Part shown: positions 26,249 through 35,500 of the stretch, piece after piece
Position numbering within the stretch: position 1 is the stretch's first letter
How the letters are laid out: each line of letters opens with the position of its first letter
Assembly: GCA_964487565.1 (NCBI GenBank)
Contig: CAZARN010000006.1
Location: 43,345-107,344, forward strand
From: an uncultured Clostridium sp.
Lineage (GTDB): Bacteria > Bacillota > Clostridia > Christensenellales > CAG-138
DNA: 64,000 nucleotides
Direction of reading: 5' to 3'
Program-made: the position numbers and the translations under genes
The notes under the pieces: model-generated
Database searches by the model: none
Seen by the model: only the letters and a program-made list of their open reading frames with translations
Told to the model about the DNA's origin: nothing

Positions 26249-27007
26249 TCAGTTCATACCTCCAGGCAGTTTAACTTTTTGGAACGCACCGATAAACTCC
26301 GTAATATAGTCCGAGGTTGCGCGAAGCATGCTCCTTCCCCATTCTTCGCTCGCAGTTTTCGGATGATCCGGCCCTATCCATCCGTTTTCTGTCACGGCAG
26401 GCGTCGGGCGGGGAACGTTCACCGTCACGCCCTTATAATTCACGCTCGTGAAGCCAGTGGTTTCAAGCTCGTCCGAAAGGTTAAAAAACGCGAGCGGCGC
26501 GCTGCTTTCTTCCATCTTCACAAGCGCGGGATCGATGCCCATGACCGCAGCCGTTTCCTCTCCCCCGCCGTGGCCGCCCTTCCATGCCGGGTTTAGATCC
26601 CAAGCCATGAGCCACCAGTTGAGCTCCGCGAGGATTGCCCCGCGGCGGAAAAGCTCATCCCCAACCTGATCGATGGTTTTAATGTTGCCACCGTGTCCGT
26701 TGAGTATAATGAAACGGCGCGCGCCATGGCGGTACAGCTCGTCCGTCACGCGGCGCAGCAGTTCATAAAGCAGCCCCGCGCCGAGATTGACGGTGCCGGG
26801 GTAATCCGAAAGGGAATCGCACGCGCCGTATGGAATGGTTGGCGCGATCATAATATCGCTCTTCTTTTCGATCATTCCGATAAGCTGATCGGGGATGAGC
26901 GTGTCCGTGCCAAGGGGCATGTGCCGGCCGTGGCACTCAATGCTGCCAAGACCCATCAAAACGGCATCGTTGGCTTTGAAATAAGCTTCCACCTGGGGCC
27001 AGGTCAT
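26249..27007 (-). CDS. creatininase family amidohydrolase
   Basis: Motifs ECHGRHMPLGTD, NGHGGN, HGGGEETA. Start placed at MTWPQVE just after the oppF stop. The longer track ORF overlaps oppF. Confidence 0.8.
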   Translation of the reverse strand: MTWPQVEAYFKANDAVLMGLGSIECHGRHMPLGTDTLIPDQLIGMIEKKSDIMIAPTIPYGACDSLSDYPGTVNLGAGLLYELLRRVTDELYRHGARRFIILNGHGGNIKTIDQVGDELFRRGAILAELNWWLMAWDLNPAWKGGHGGGEETAAVMGIDPALVKMEESSAPLAFFNLSDELETTGFTSVNYKGVTVNVPRPTPAVTENGWIGPDHPKTASEEWGRSMLRATSDYITEFIGAFQKVKLPGGMN

Positions 27008-27012
27008 GTTGC

Positions 27013-27990
27013 TCAAACGCAATTCAAATCGCTTCCTTTCAATACAATCTGACAGGCCACGCTGTGGCCGGGTACTGTTTCCACAAGCTCCTGCTCCTGA
27101 TGACAAAGACTGCACGCAAGCGGACAGCGCGGCGCGAACCGGCAGCCCGGTTTCGGGTCAACCGGGGATACTACCTCGCCCCTGATCACCTCATGCTGTT
27201 TGCCGGCCATGGAAATATCCGGCTCAGGCACCGCGGAAAGCAGCGCTTTCGTATAAGGATGCATCGGGTTTGCAAAAAGCTCTTCCGACGGGGCCTTTTC
27301 CACGCACTTGCCAAGATACATCACTGCGATATCGTTTGAAATGTGCTTTACGACGGAAAGATCGTGTGTGATGAACATATAGGTCAGACTAAGCTCCTCC
27401 TGAAGATCCATGAGAAGGTTGAGTATCTGAGCCTGAATGGATACATCAAGCGCGGAAACGGGTTCGTCGCATACCACAAAACGTGGATCGAGCGCCAGCA
27501 CGCGCGCGAGACCTATACGCTGCCGCCTTCCCCCGTCCAACTCATGAGGATACGCCTCCGCAAGACGCGATGCGAGACCCACTGTGTCCATCAGCTTCGC
27601 CACATGCGCGTTCACATCCGTCCTGTCGGAATGCAGCTTGTTTATCAGAATCGGCTCCGCTATCAACTGCCTGACGCTCATACGCGGGTTCAGGCTTGAA
27701 TAAGGATCCTGAAAAATCATCTGCATGTCGCGCCGGATAAGCGCGGTTTCCTTTTTCGTGCTGTTGGTTATATCTTTCCCGTCAAAATACAGCTTGCCCC
27801 CCGTTGGATCGATAAGGCGCAGGATCACCCGGCCGAGCGTGGATTTTCCGCAACCGGATTCACCGACGACGCCAAGCGTCTTTCCCGCGTCTATGGATAT
27901 GCTCACGCCGTCGACGGCGTGCAGCATGCTGTTTTTCCCGACCCTGAAGTATTTTTGGATGTTTTCGGTTTGAATGAGCGGCTTATTCAT
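27013..27990 (-). CDS. oppF: oligopeptide ABC transporter ATP-binding protein
   Basis: Walker A GESGCGKST, signature motif, and the C-terminal Cys cluster CRFAPRCPLACSLC typical of OppD/F. Confidence 0.85.
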   Translation of the reverse strand: MNKPLIQTENIQKYFRVGKNSMLHAVDGVSISIDAGKTLGVVGESGCGKSTLGRVILRLIDPTGGKLYFDGKDITNSTKKETALIRRDMQMIFQDPYSSLNPRMSVRQLIAEPILINKLHSDRTDVNAHVAKLMDTVGLASRLAEAYPHELDGGRRQRIGLARVLALDPRFVVCDEPVSALDVSIQAQILNLLMDLQEELSLTYMFITHDLSVVKHISNDIAVMYLGKCVEKAPSEELFANPMHPYTKALLSAVPEPDISMAGKQHEVIRGEVVSPVDPKPGCRFAPRCPLACSLCHQEQELVETVPGHSVACQIVLKGSDLNCV

Positions 27991-28999
27991 TATGCGCCTC
28001 CGTCCCGCCGTCTGCGAGATGACAGCGTATCATGTGACCGTTATTGTAATAAGCCTCCGGATGTTCAAGCATGCAGCGTTTCCCGCGTTTCGGGCATCGC
28101 GGCGAAAAAAAGCATCCCTGGGGAAGGTCGGTCGGATCCGGCATGAGGCCGTTTATCGGGTTGAGCCGCTTTGCTGTGGGCTTAAGGCTTGGTATGGAGC
28201 CGAAAAGGCCGACGGTATAAGGATGATGGTTGTCGCCCGTAAAAATATCGCGAAGCGCTCCGTACTCAATGATTTCGCCGGCGTACATGACGGCAACATC
28301 GTCGCAGGTGCTGGCCACAATGCCAAGATCGTGAGTTATCATTATCATGGAAGTGCCGAGCCTGTCGCGCAGCTCCCGCATCATTGAAAGCACCTGCGCC
28401 TGAATGGTCACGTCAAGCGCGGTGGTGGGTTCGTCCGCGATGAGAAGCTCCGGCGAGCATGTGAGTGCCATTGCGATCACGACGCGCTGCTTCATCCCGC
28501 CTGAAAACTGATGCGGGTATTCCTTCTTGCGCGAGGCCGGAATGCCCACCATCTCCAGCGTTTGGTCCACTCTCCGGTCGATCTCGCGCGCGCTTTTGTT
28601 GTCGTAATTATGCAGTTGAAGGCATTCTGTGATCTGCTCGCCAACGGTGAAGATCGGATTGAGCGCCGTCATTGGGTCCTGAAATATCATGGATATCTTG
28701 GCCCCGCGGATAAGCTGCATCTTCTCCTCGGAGGCCGCAAGGATATCCTGCCCGTCAAAAGTTATCGAGCCGCCGGTGACGCGCGCGGTACGCTCGGGAA
28801 GGAGTTTCATGAGCGAGAGCGCAACGGTCGTTTTGCCTGCGCCCGTCTCGCCCACGAGACCGAGCGTTTTGCCGCGGCGCAGCGAAAGCGAAACGCCGTT
28901 GACGGCGCGCACGGTTTCAAGATCCGTCTGATATACTATGCTTAGATCATTCACTTTGAGCAGTTCGTTGCCAATGTTATTATGTATTGCTTCTGTCAT
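27983..28999 (-). CDS. oppD: oligopeptide ABC transporter ATP-binding protein
   Basis: Walker A GETGAGKTT, signature FSGGMKQRV, C-terminal CFFSPRCPKRGKRC. Confidence 0.85.
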   Translation of the reverse strand: MTEAIHNNIGNELLKVNDLSIVYQTDLETVRAVNGVSLSLRRGKTLGLVGETGAGKTTVALSLMKLLPERTARVTGGSITFDGQDILAASEEKMQLIRGAKISMIFQDPMTALNPIFTVGEQITECLQLHNYDNKSAREIDRRVDQTLEMVGIPASRKKEYPHQFSGGMKQRVVIAMALTCSPELLIADEPTTALDVTIQAQVLSMMRELRDRLGTSMIMITHDLGIVASTCDDVAVMYAGEIIEYGALRDIFTGDNHHPYTVGLFGSIPSLKPTAKRLNPINGLMPDPTDLPQGCFFSPRCPKRGKRCMLEHPEAYYNNGHMIRCHLADGGTEAHNE

Positions 29000-29011
29000 A
29001 GTTTCCGCCTC

Positions 29012-29887
29012 TCAGTTCTTGAGCTTAGGATCGAGCACATCGCGAAGGCCGTCCCCGATGAGGTTGAAGGAGAGCGCGCTCAGTACGATCGCAAGTCCGG
29101 GGAAATAAAGCAGATAGCCGCAGGTGCGCATGAATGTTCGCGATTCTGAAAGCATCGCGCCCCATTCCGGGCTCGGCGGCTGAATCCCCATGCCGATGAA
29201 GCTGAGCGCAGCGGCGGTGAGTATCATTCCGGATATGCTCATCGTTGCGTTGACAATGATCGGGCCCATGGCGTTTGGCAGCACATAGCGCGCGATTATC
29301 CGGCTGTCCTTCGCGCCGTAGCTCTTTGCCGCCTCGATAAAATCCTGCTCCGTTACGGTGAGAACTGTCGAACGCACAAGCCTCGATTTTCCTGGAACGG
29401 AGGATATTGTGATCGCAATGAGCAGATTCACAAGGCTTCCGCCCAGCACCGCCACGATGACAAGCGCGAGCAACGTCGCCGGGATCGCCGCAAAAACATC
29501 CATTATGCGCATTATAACATTGTCGATCTTTCCGCCGTAATACCCAGCCGTGGCCCCGAAAAGACCGCCAAGCAGCACCGAAAGAAGCGACGTCAAAAGG
29601 CCTATGGAAAGAGATATGCGCGAACCGTGGATTACCCTTGCAAAAACATCACGTCCAAGATTGTCCGTTCCCATCAGGTGTTTAAGGCTCGGCCCCTGCA
29701 AGCGCTCCGCGCCGACCTGCTCAAGGCACTTTTCATAAGGCACGATCACGTCCGCGAATATTGCGCACAGCGCGAAAACCACAAATATCACAAAGCCTAT
29801 CATTGCGGCCTTGTTCTTTTTGTATCGGCGCCAAAACTCCCGCAGGGAACCGGCGCGGTACTTCTTTTGATCCTTTGTGTTATTCAT
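29012..29887 (-). CDS. oppC: oligopeptide ABC transporter permease
   Basis: 291 aa BPD-type permease with the EAA-loop region FIEAAKSYGAKDSRII. Confidence 0.85.
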   Translation of the reverse strand: MNNTKDQKKYRAGSLREFWRRYKKNKAAMIGFVIFVVFALCAIFADVIVPYEKCLEQVGAERLQGPSLKHLMGTDNLGRDVFARVIHGSRISLSIGLLTSLLSVLLGGLFGATAGYYGGKIDNVIMRIMDVFAAIPATLLALVIVAVLGGSLVNLLIAITISSVPGKSRLVRSTVLTVTEQDFIEAAKSYGAKDSRIIARYVLPNAMGPIIVNATMSISGMILTAAALSFIGMGIQPPSPEWGAMLSESRTFMRTCGYLLYFPGLAIVLSALSFNLIGDGLRDVLDPKLKN

Positions 29888-29900
29888 TGCGTCCGCCCCC

Positions 29901-30833
29901 TCACTTTGAATATTTGGCCTTGACGCGCGGATCTATGAATGCGTAAATCAGATCCGTCACCAGTGCCAGAAAACATGTGATGAACGCGAGAATGAGCGCC
30001 GTGCCCATGACGACAGGCACATCGTGATTCCGTATCCCCGTGAGCATGTATGTGCCCATGCCGGGTATCGCGAACACCGTCTCCGTGATGAGCGCGCCGC
30101 CCATCATCGCGCCGAAATTCATGATAAAGATCGTGACCAGCGGGAGCAGCGCATTTTTGAGCGCGTGCCGCCATATAACGATACGCTGCGGAGCGCCCTT
30201 GGCCTTGGCCGTGCGTATATAATCCTGACGGATGGTCTCCAGCATCTGCGTGCGCGTCATGCGCAGCAACGAAGCAAGTCCCCCGAAGGTGAGCGTCGCG
30301 ATCGGCAGCACCATGTTTTTCCATGTTCCAACGCCGCTTGTCGGCAGCCATTGCAGCTTTTCGGCAAAAAGACGCATCAAAAGCATACCGAGCCAAAAAC
30401 CGGGCACGGAAGCAAGGAAGAGCGCGACCACCGTTGTAAACGTATCCATAAAGGAGTATTGCTTCACGGCGGAGAGTATACCAAGGCAGGTTCCGATCGC
30501 GCTCGAAAGGATGATCGAGAACAGCGCGATCTGCATCGTATACGGAAAGCGTCCCGCGATCTCGGTGATTACCGCCTTTTGTGAAGAATACGAGTTTCCG
30601 AAATCAAGCCTCGTGAACACGCCGATCATATAATCCGCGTAGCGAACGATGAAAGGCCTGTTGTAGCCAAGTAATTCATTCAGCGCGTCAACATCCTCCT
30701 TTGTGCCGGTGGAGCCGAGGATGTTCGTGCCGGGATCGCCGGGCATAAGCTCCATAAGCGAAAAAATAATCAGTCCCACACCCAGCAGGATGGGTATCAT
30801 GATTAGCAAACGTTTGACGATATATCTTATCAT
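29901..30833 (-). CDS. oppB: oligopeptide ABC transporter permease
   Basis: 310 aa. N-terminus MIRYIVKRLLIMIPILLGV and YIRTAKAKGAPQRIV are typical of OppB/DppB. Confidence 0.85.
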   Translation of the reverse strand: MIRYIVKRLLIMIPILLGVGLIIFSLMELMPGDPGTNILGSTGTKEDVDALNELLGYNRPFIVRYADYMIGVFTRLDFGNSYSSQKAVITEIAGRFPYTMQIALFSIILSSAIGTCLGILSAVKQYSFMDTFTTVVALFLASVPGFWLGMLLMRLFAEKLQWLPTSGVGTWKNMVLPIATLTFGGLASLLRMTRTQMLETIRQDYIRTAKAKGAPQRIVIWRHALKNALLPLVTIFIMNFGAMMGGALITETVFAIPGMGTYMLTGIRNHDVPVVMGTALILAFITCFLALVTDLIYAFIDPRVKAKYSK

Positions 30834-30861
30834 CGCCGCCCTCCGATATATGCTTTGTGCC

Positions 30862-30888
30862 GCGCGGCGCCCGATGCGGGCGCCGCGC
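30862..30888 (-). other. GC-rich intra-operon hairpin between oppA and oppB
   Basis: 11-bp stem GCGCGGCGCCC / GGGCGCCGCGC. There is no U-tract on the transcribed (minus) strand, so it is more likely a processing or stability element than a full terminator. Confidence 0.5.
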
Positions 30889-30907
30889 TTTTTGTGGAAG
30901 CCGTCTT

Positions 30908-32503
30908 TTACTTCCAGCTCAGATCAAGATAATACTCAAACGAATTGCCCGCTCTCCATGAGAAGTTGAGATCGGGATTCACCGCATAACCCCATGTTGA
31001 ATAATACAGCGGCAGCACCGGCAGATCCTCCTGAAGGATGTTGATGAGCTCCTTATAAAGCTCCTTGCGCCCTTCCTGATCCGCCATGCAGCCCGCCTCA
31101 GAGAAAAGCTCGTCCACCCTTTCGTTGGAATAGCGGGAATAATTCGAGGAATTGATGTTCGCGCTGTTGAACTTGCCCACGGCGGTATTCATGTCATACT
31201 GGAGCGCGTAACTCGACATTGAAACCTGGAATTTGCCCGCCGCAAGGTTCGGCAGGAGCGTGCTGCTGTCCCCAAGCTCGATCGTGACCGTTATGCCGAC
31301 GTCCGCCAGATTACTCTGGATTATCTGCGCGACTGCGGACCCGCTTGAAAACACGGTCATCGTGCCTATGTCCACGCCATCAGGATACCCGGCTTCGGCA
31401 AGCAGCTCCTTGGCCTTTTCGGGATCATAGTCATAAACCTTGACGCCTTCGTCCGTTGAGCCGAATATCATGCCCGGCTTGCCGAATACGTTTGCAACGC
31501 TTCCGAGGCCCTCGCGCGTCATGTCAACGATGCTCTGCCTGTCTATCGCGTAGGCGATGGCCTGACGCAGAAGCTTGTTGTTCAGCGGCTCCACCTCAAG
31601 ATTGAACACCATGTACGTCACGGTTGAGGTTTCGATCTCAATGCAGTTATACTTGCCCGTGTCCTTTATATATTGCCAGGACGCGGTCGGGATTGATATG
31701 TAATCCAGCTCGCCCGCCTCGAAAGCGGAAAGCTTCGTATTGTCGTCCGCGAAGAACTTGAGGTTCAGGGTATCGATCGCGGGTTTCCCCTCGTGATAGT
31801 TGTCAAAAGCCTTGAGGCAGCAGGATTCGCCTTCCACAAAGCTATCAAGGTAATATGCGCCTGTGCCGCAGGTTACGCCGCTCAGATCCCCGCCGTTGTC
31901 ATTCACGAATTTTTCATTGAGTATCATGGTGTACGCAAGTCCCACATAAAGCACGCCGGAAGGCTTTGCCATGGTGACTTCCACCGTGTAATCATCGATC
32001 GCGGCAACGCTTTGTATTCCGCTGATATACACCTGAACGTTCGGGATCGCCAACCCGCGTTCAATGGTGAACACGACGTCTGAAGCCTTCAGCTCCTCTC
32101 CGTTGTGGAAAAGCACGCCCTGTTTGAGCTTGAAGGTATAAACAGTGGAGTCGTCATTCGCATAAAACTCATCGGCCAGCACGCCCACAACCTCGCCGTC
32201 CTTATATGTCACAAGCGGTTCATAGATATTGAACAGCGTCTCCATCTCGCCCACCTTGGTCACATACTGGGGATCAAAGCTTGAGATGACGGTTGATAGT
32301 GAAGCGTTGAGGTCGGTCCGTCCGCTGAGCGCGCCAGAACCCGTCGTCTCGCCCTGCGTGGCGGCGCCATCATCTGTCGACGGCGCTTCTGTCGCCGGCG
32401 CGTCGGTTTGGGACGTCTCCTCAACCGGGGTGGTGTCCGAACAGCCCACGCATGCTGCCGCAAGCAGGAGCACGCACATCAGGATTGCCAGAGTTTTTTT
32501 CAT
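30908..32503 (-). CDS. oppA: ABC transporter substrate-binding lipoprotein, family 5 (OppA-like)
   Basis: Signal peptide with lipobox ACVGCSD, a Thr/Glu/Ala-rich linker, then an SBP_bac_5-like body of 531 aa. Confidence 0.8.
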   Translation of the reverse strand: MKKTLAILMCVLLLAAACVGCSDTTPVEETSQTDAPATEAPSTDDGAATQGETTGSGALSGRTDLNASLSTVISSFDPQYVTKVGEMETLFNIYEPLVTYKDGEVVGVLADEFYANDDSTVYTFKLKQGVLFHNGEELKASDVVFTIERGLAIPNVQVYISGIQSVAAIDDYTVEVTMAKPSGVLYVGLAYTMILNEKFVNDNGGDLSGVTCGTGAYYLDSFVEGESCCLKAFDNYHEGKPAIDTLNLKFFADDNTKLSAFEAGELDYISIPTASWQYIKDTGKYNCIEIETSTVTYMVFNLEVEPLNNKLLRQAIAYAIDRQSIVDMTREGLGSVANVFGKPGMIFGSTDEGVKVYDYDPEKAKELLAEAGYPDGVDIGTMTVFSSGSAVAQIIQSNLADVGITVTIELGDSSTLLPNLAAGKFQVSMSSYALQYDMNTAVGKFNSANINSSNYSRYSNERVDELFSEAGCMADQEGRKELYKELINILQEDLPVLPLYYSTWGYAVNPDLNFSWRAGNSFEYYLDLSWK

Positions 32504-32567
32504 TTTATTACCTCATACCTGCGGGAGTTGGTTTTCTCAAAATGAGAGCCCGCAAATTTTGCCGTTT

Positions 32568-34334
32568 TTATACGCCCAGGTGCTTTGCGATGAAGGCCGC
32601 TGCCCTTGGATAACAGTCAAGCTTGTTGGCAAGCTTCGAAAGGCCGTGTCCTTCATCCGGATAACGCGCGTATTCTACCTCAAGCCCGTTTTCACGCAGC
32701 GCGGCGACCATCTTGTCCGCGTTGCTCACGGGTACTCTGGGATCGTTCGCGCCGTGCACCACGAAAAGCGGCGCTTTTATGTCGAGCACCTTATGGATCG
32801 GCGAAATGTCATGCAAAAGCTGCCTGTCGCGCTCAAGCGAACCGTATTCGGCTTCCCTGTGCGCGCGGCGGTAGCCCGAGGTGCGCTGCATATAATCCTC
32901 CATGTCGCTTATGCCAACGATATCTATCGCGGCGGCGAACGTATCCGCAAAGCGCGTCACGCAGGAGAGCGTCATGAATCCGCCGTAGCTTGCGCCCATC
33001 ACCGCGAGGCGGTTTTTCGCGATCACACCCTCCTCGCCAAGCCGCTCGACGAGAGCCTTGATATCACCAACGCTGTCCATGCGCTTCTCCACGTCGTCAA
33101 GCTTCTGATAGCGCAGCCCGTAACCGCCGCTTCCGCGCACATTTGGCTTCACCACCGCGATGCCAAGGCTGAGAAAGTATTGATTGAGCGGCACAAACAT
33201 CGGATCAGCCTGGTATTCCGGTCCGCCGTGTATGTCGATTATCGCAGGCATAGGGTATTTCGCATTCTTTGGCTTTAGGAGAAAATACGGGATGCTTTCC
33301 CCGTCAAAGGAAGCAAAGCGAAGATAATCCGCGTCGCAAAACGCGCCGCTCTCAAAGCCCTGCATCCCCGGCTCCGTCAGCCGCAGGAGCCTGTCTCGCC
33401 CAATATCAAGCTCCCAAACGGCGAACGGTCTTGTCGGCGTTGAAAGCGAAAAGAGGAGCCTGTCCCCGTTCCAGGCGTATTGACCAAACTTCAAACAGCC
33501 CTTTGGCGGCTGAGCCGTCCCCATTGTCCTTCGCTGTTCTAGATCGAACACCTCGAGGCGGTTATACCCGTCCGCGTTGACGATAATGGCAACCTTCGAG
33601 CCGTCCTGCGAAGGCGACGGAGATTCAATGTCCCAGCCCGGCTCGTATACGCTCTCGAGCGCGCCCGTGGCAAGATCATAATGCATAAGACGCATAAAAT
33701 CGCTTTGCGTATCCGAAAGAAGATGGAAACCGCGCCCGTCCGCATCCCAAAACGGATTCGTCCAGCGCCCCGCCGCGCCGGGTTGCGGGATCTGCGCGGC
33801 CTCTCCCGTCGTGGTGTCAAGCATCCACAGGGTTTCAAGCGTATTGCTCAAAATCGTTGTGAACAGAAGCTTTTTCCCATCCGGCGATATCGTGGCAACG
33901 AGCTTGTTGCCTGAGCTTTTATACACAAGCTCGCTTTTGCCCGTTTTTATATCCATGCGGAATACGTCAAAGACGCTTCGCGATACGGCGTTTGCGGAAT
34001 AATAAAGCGTTTTCCCGTCCGCGTCAAGCGTCCATGAATAATGCGCAACCTCCGGACGCGAGGTGAGGTTCACAGGCTCACGGCCTTCCTTTAGCAGATA
34101 AAACTGCATGTTTTCGTTTCCGTCCGCATCCATATAGAACAGAAGCCCGTCTTCCGTTTCGCACATCGGTTTGGCCGCGCTGTTGAAATGCGTCAACTGC
34201 CGCGTTTTGCCGTCTTTGAGCTTCCAAATCTGGCTTACGCCGCTTGCGTTGTCCGCATAGGCGACGCCGCCGTCCCCAAGCCATACGGGATCCGACGCGC
34301 TCGTGATGCGAAGATATCTTTCCAGATCGTTCAT
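32568..34334 (-). CDS. S9 family serine peptidase (beta-propeller plus alpha/beta hydrolase)
   Basis: 588 aa. Nucleophile elbow VMGASYGGF and a C-terminal HGANDPRVP ... DEGHG catalytic region. Confidence 0.85.
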   Translation of the reverse strand: MNDLERYLRITSASDPVWLGDGGVAYADNASGVSQIWKLKDGKTRQLTHFNSAAKPMCETEDGLLFYMDADGNENMQFYLLKEGREPVNLTSRPEVAHYSWTLDADGKTLYYSANAVSRSVFDVFRMDIKTGKSELVYKSSGNKLVATISPDGKKLLFTTILSNTLETLWMLDTTTGEAAQIPQPGAAGRWTNPFWDADGRGFHLLSDTQSDFMRLMHYDLATGALESVYEPGWDIESPSPSQDGSKVAIIVNADGYNRLEVFDLEQRRTMGTAQPPKGCLKFGQYAWNGDRLLFSLSTPTRPFAVWELDIGRDRLLRLTEPGMQGFESGAFCDADYLRFASFDGESIPYFLLKPKNAKYPMPAIIDIHGGPEYQADPMFVPLNQYFLSLGIAVVKPNVRGSGGYGLRYQKLDDVEKRMDSVGDIKALVERLGEEGVIAKNRLAVMGASYGGFMTLSCVTRFADTFAAAIDIVGISDMEDYMQRTSGYRRAHREAEYGSLERDRQLLHDISPIHKVLDIKAPLFVVHGANDPRVPVSNADKMVAALRENGLEVEYARYPDEGHGLSKLANKLDCYPRAAAFIAKHLGV

Positions 34335-34519
34335 TTGCCCAGCTCCTTTGGATTATTGTTTGCAACAGCATCCGGCAGCCAACGCTCCGGATTGTTTGTG
34401 CATAAACCGAACTCAATTGTTACATTTTTATACATATATTAGCATCCCAAATTTAATTTGTAAAATTCATATATACACTTTATAATATTCATTATATCAA
34501 TGTTTCAAGGAGGTCCTCC

Positions 34520-35428
34520 ATGCAGCCAGGCGAGATCGAAACCTTCCTTGCTATCGCCCACACGAGAAGCATTTCCGGCGCTGCAAAGCTGCTCTTCATC
34601 ACCCAGTCCACCGCCACGCACAGATTGCGGACGCTCGAGGAGGAGCTTGGCACACAGCTTGTCGAGCGCGGGCGCGGGCAGCGTCGCGTGGAGCTGACGC
34701 CAAAGGGCGAAGCCTTCGTTCCGCTTGCGCAGCGCTGGATGAGCGTGCTTGATCAGATGCAGTCCTGGCGGGAAACATCCCAGGTGATGGAACTTTGCGT
34801 GGGCAGTCACGAGGCGATAAACACCTATGTGCTCCTGCCGGTGCTTCAGCATTTCGTTTCGTACAGCCATGATACGATACGCATCGAAATGCGCAGCAAA
34901 AGCAATAAGGAGCTTTATTCCCTCATGAACAGCGCGGAGCTTGACATGGCCTTTGTCACCGAGGACTACAACGCGCCGGATCTCGATGTTGAGATCATGT
35001 TCAAGGAGGATTTCATGCTCATCCATCCGCGCTGCGAAGGTCTTGACGAAGCTGAGCCCGTTGGGATCATGCAGCTTGATCACTCAAGGGAGATCACGCT
35101 CCTCTGGTCCTATTCCTATCTTTCATGGCGTGAGGATTATCTTCGCGCCCAGAGCAACCGCAACGTCATCGTGGACATACTTCCGCTTGCCAATCTATAT
35201 CTTCAGGACGGGCGGCACTGGATGGTCGCCCCGGCGACCACGGCCGCCGCGCTTGCCGAGACCTTCGGCCTCGGGCTTTTCAGGCTCGAATTTCCGCCGC
35301 CGCCGCGGATATACTATATGCTCACGCACAGTAACGCCCCGCGCGACAAAGCTGAACTGACTGGCGCGGTGAAGGACGAGATCTATCGGCAGCTTTCAAA
35401 AAACAAGTGGCTCAAGACGATCCATTGA
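34520..35428 (+). CDS. LysR family transcriptional regulator
   Basis: N-terminal HTH IETFLAIAHTRSISGAAKLLFITQSTATHRLRTLEEELG. Divergent from the S9-opp operon. Confidence 0.85.
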   Translation: MQPGEIETFLAIAHTRSISGAAKLLFITQSTATHRLRTLEEELGTQLVERGRGQRRVELTPKGEAFVPLAQRWMSVLDQMQSWRETSQVMELCVGSHEAINTYVLLPVLQHFVSYSHDTIRIEMRSKSNKELYSLMNSAELDMAFVTEDYNAPDLDVEIMFKEDFMLIHPRCEGLDEAEPVGIMQLDHSREITLLWSYSYLSWREDYLRAQSNRNVIVDILPLANLYLQDGRHWMVAPATTAAALAETFGLGLFRLEFPPPPRIYYMLTHSNAPRDKAELTGAVKDEIYRQLSKNKWLKTIH

Positions 35429-35434
35429 TGCGCC

Positions 35435-35480
35435 TGTGCCCCGCGGCCACCGTTTGGGGTGACAGCGGGGCGCACTTTTA
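35435..35480 (+). terminator. terminator after the first LysR gene
   Basis: Extended GC hairpin (TGTGCCCCGC ... GCGGGGCGCA) followed by CTTTTA. Confidence 0.55.
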
Positions 35481-35500
35481 TGCTTTGCCGCGCAGCGGCT

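Noticed and set aside
29884-30396. 170-aa minus-strand ORF in an alternative frame of oppB
   Set aside because: It is an Arg/His/Gly/Ala-rich out-of-frame translation of the permease gene. The OppB frame has clear family signatures.
32229-33278. 349-aa + strand ORF spanning the oppA start and the S9 peptidase end
   Set aside because: It is antisense to two well-supported genes and crosses their intergenic gap. The translation is Arg/Ala/His-rich with no motifs.
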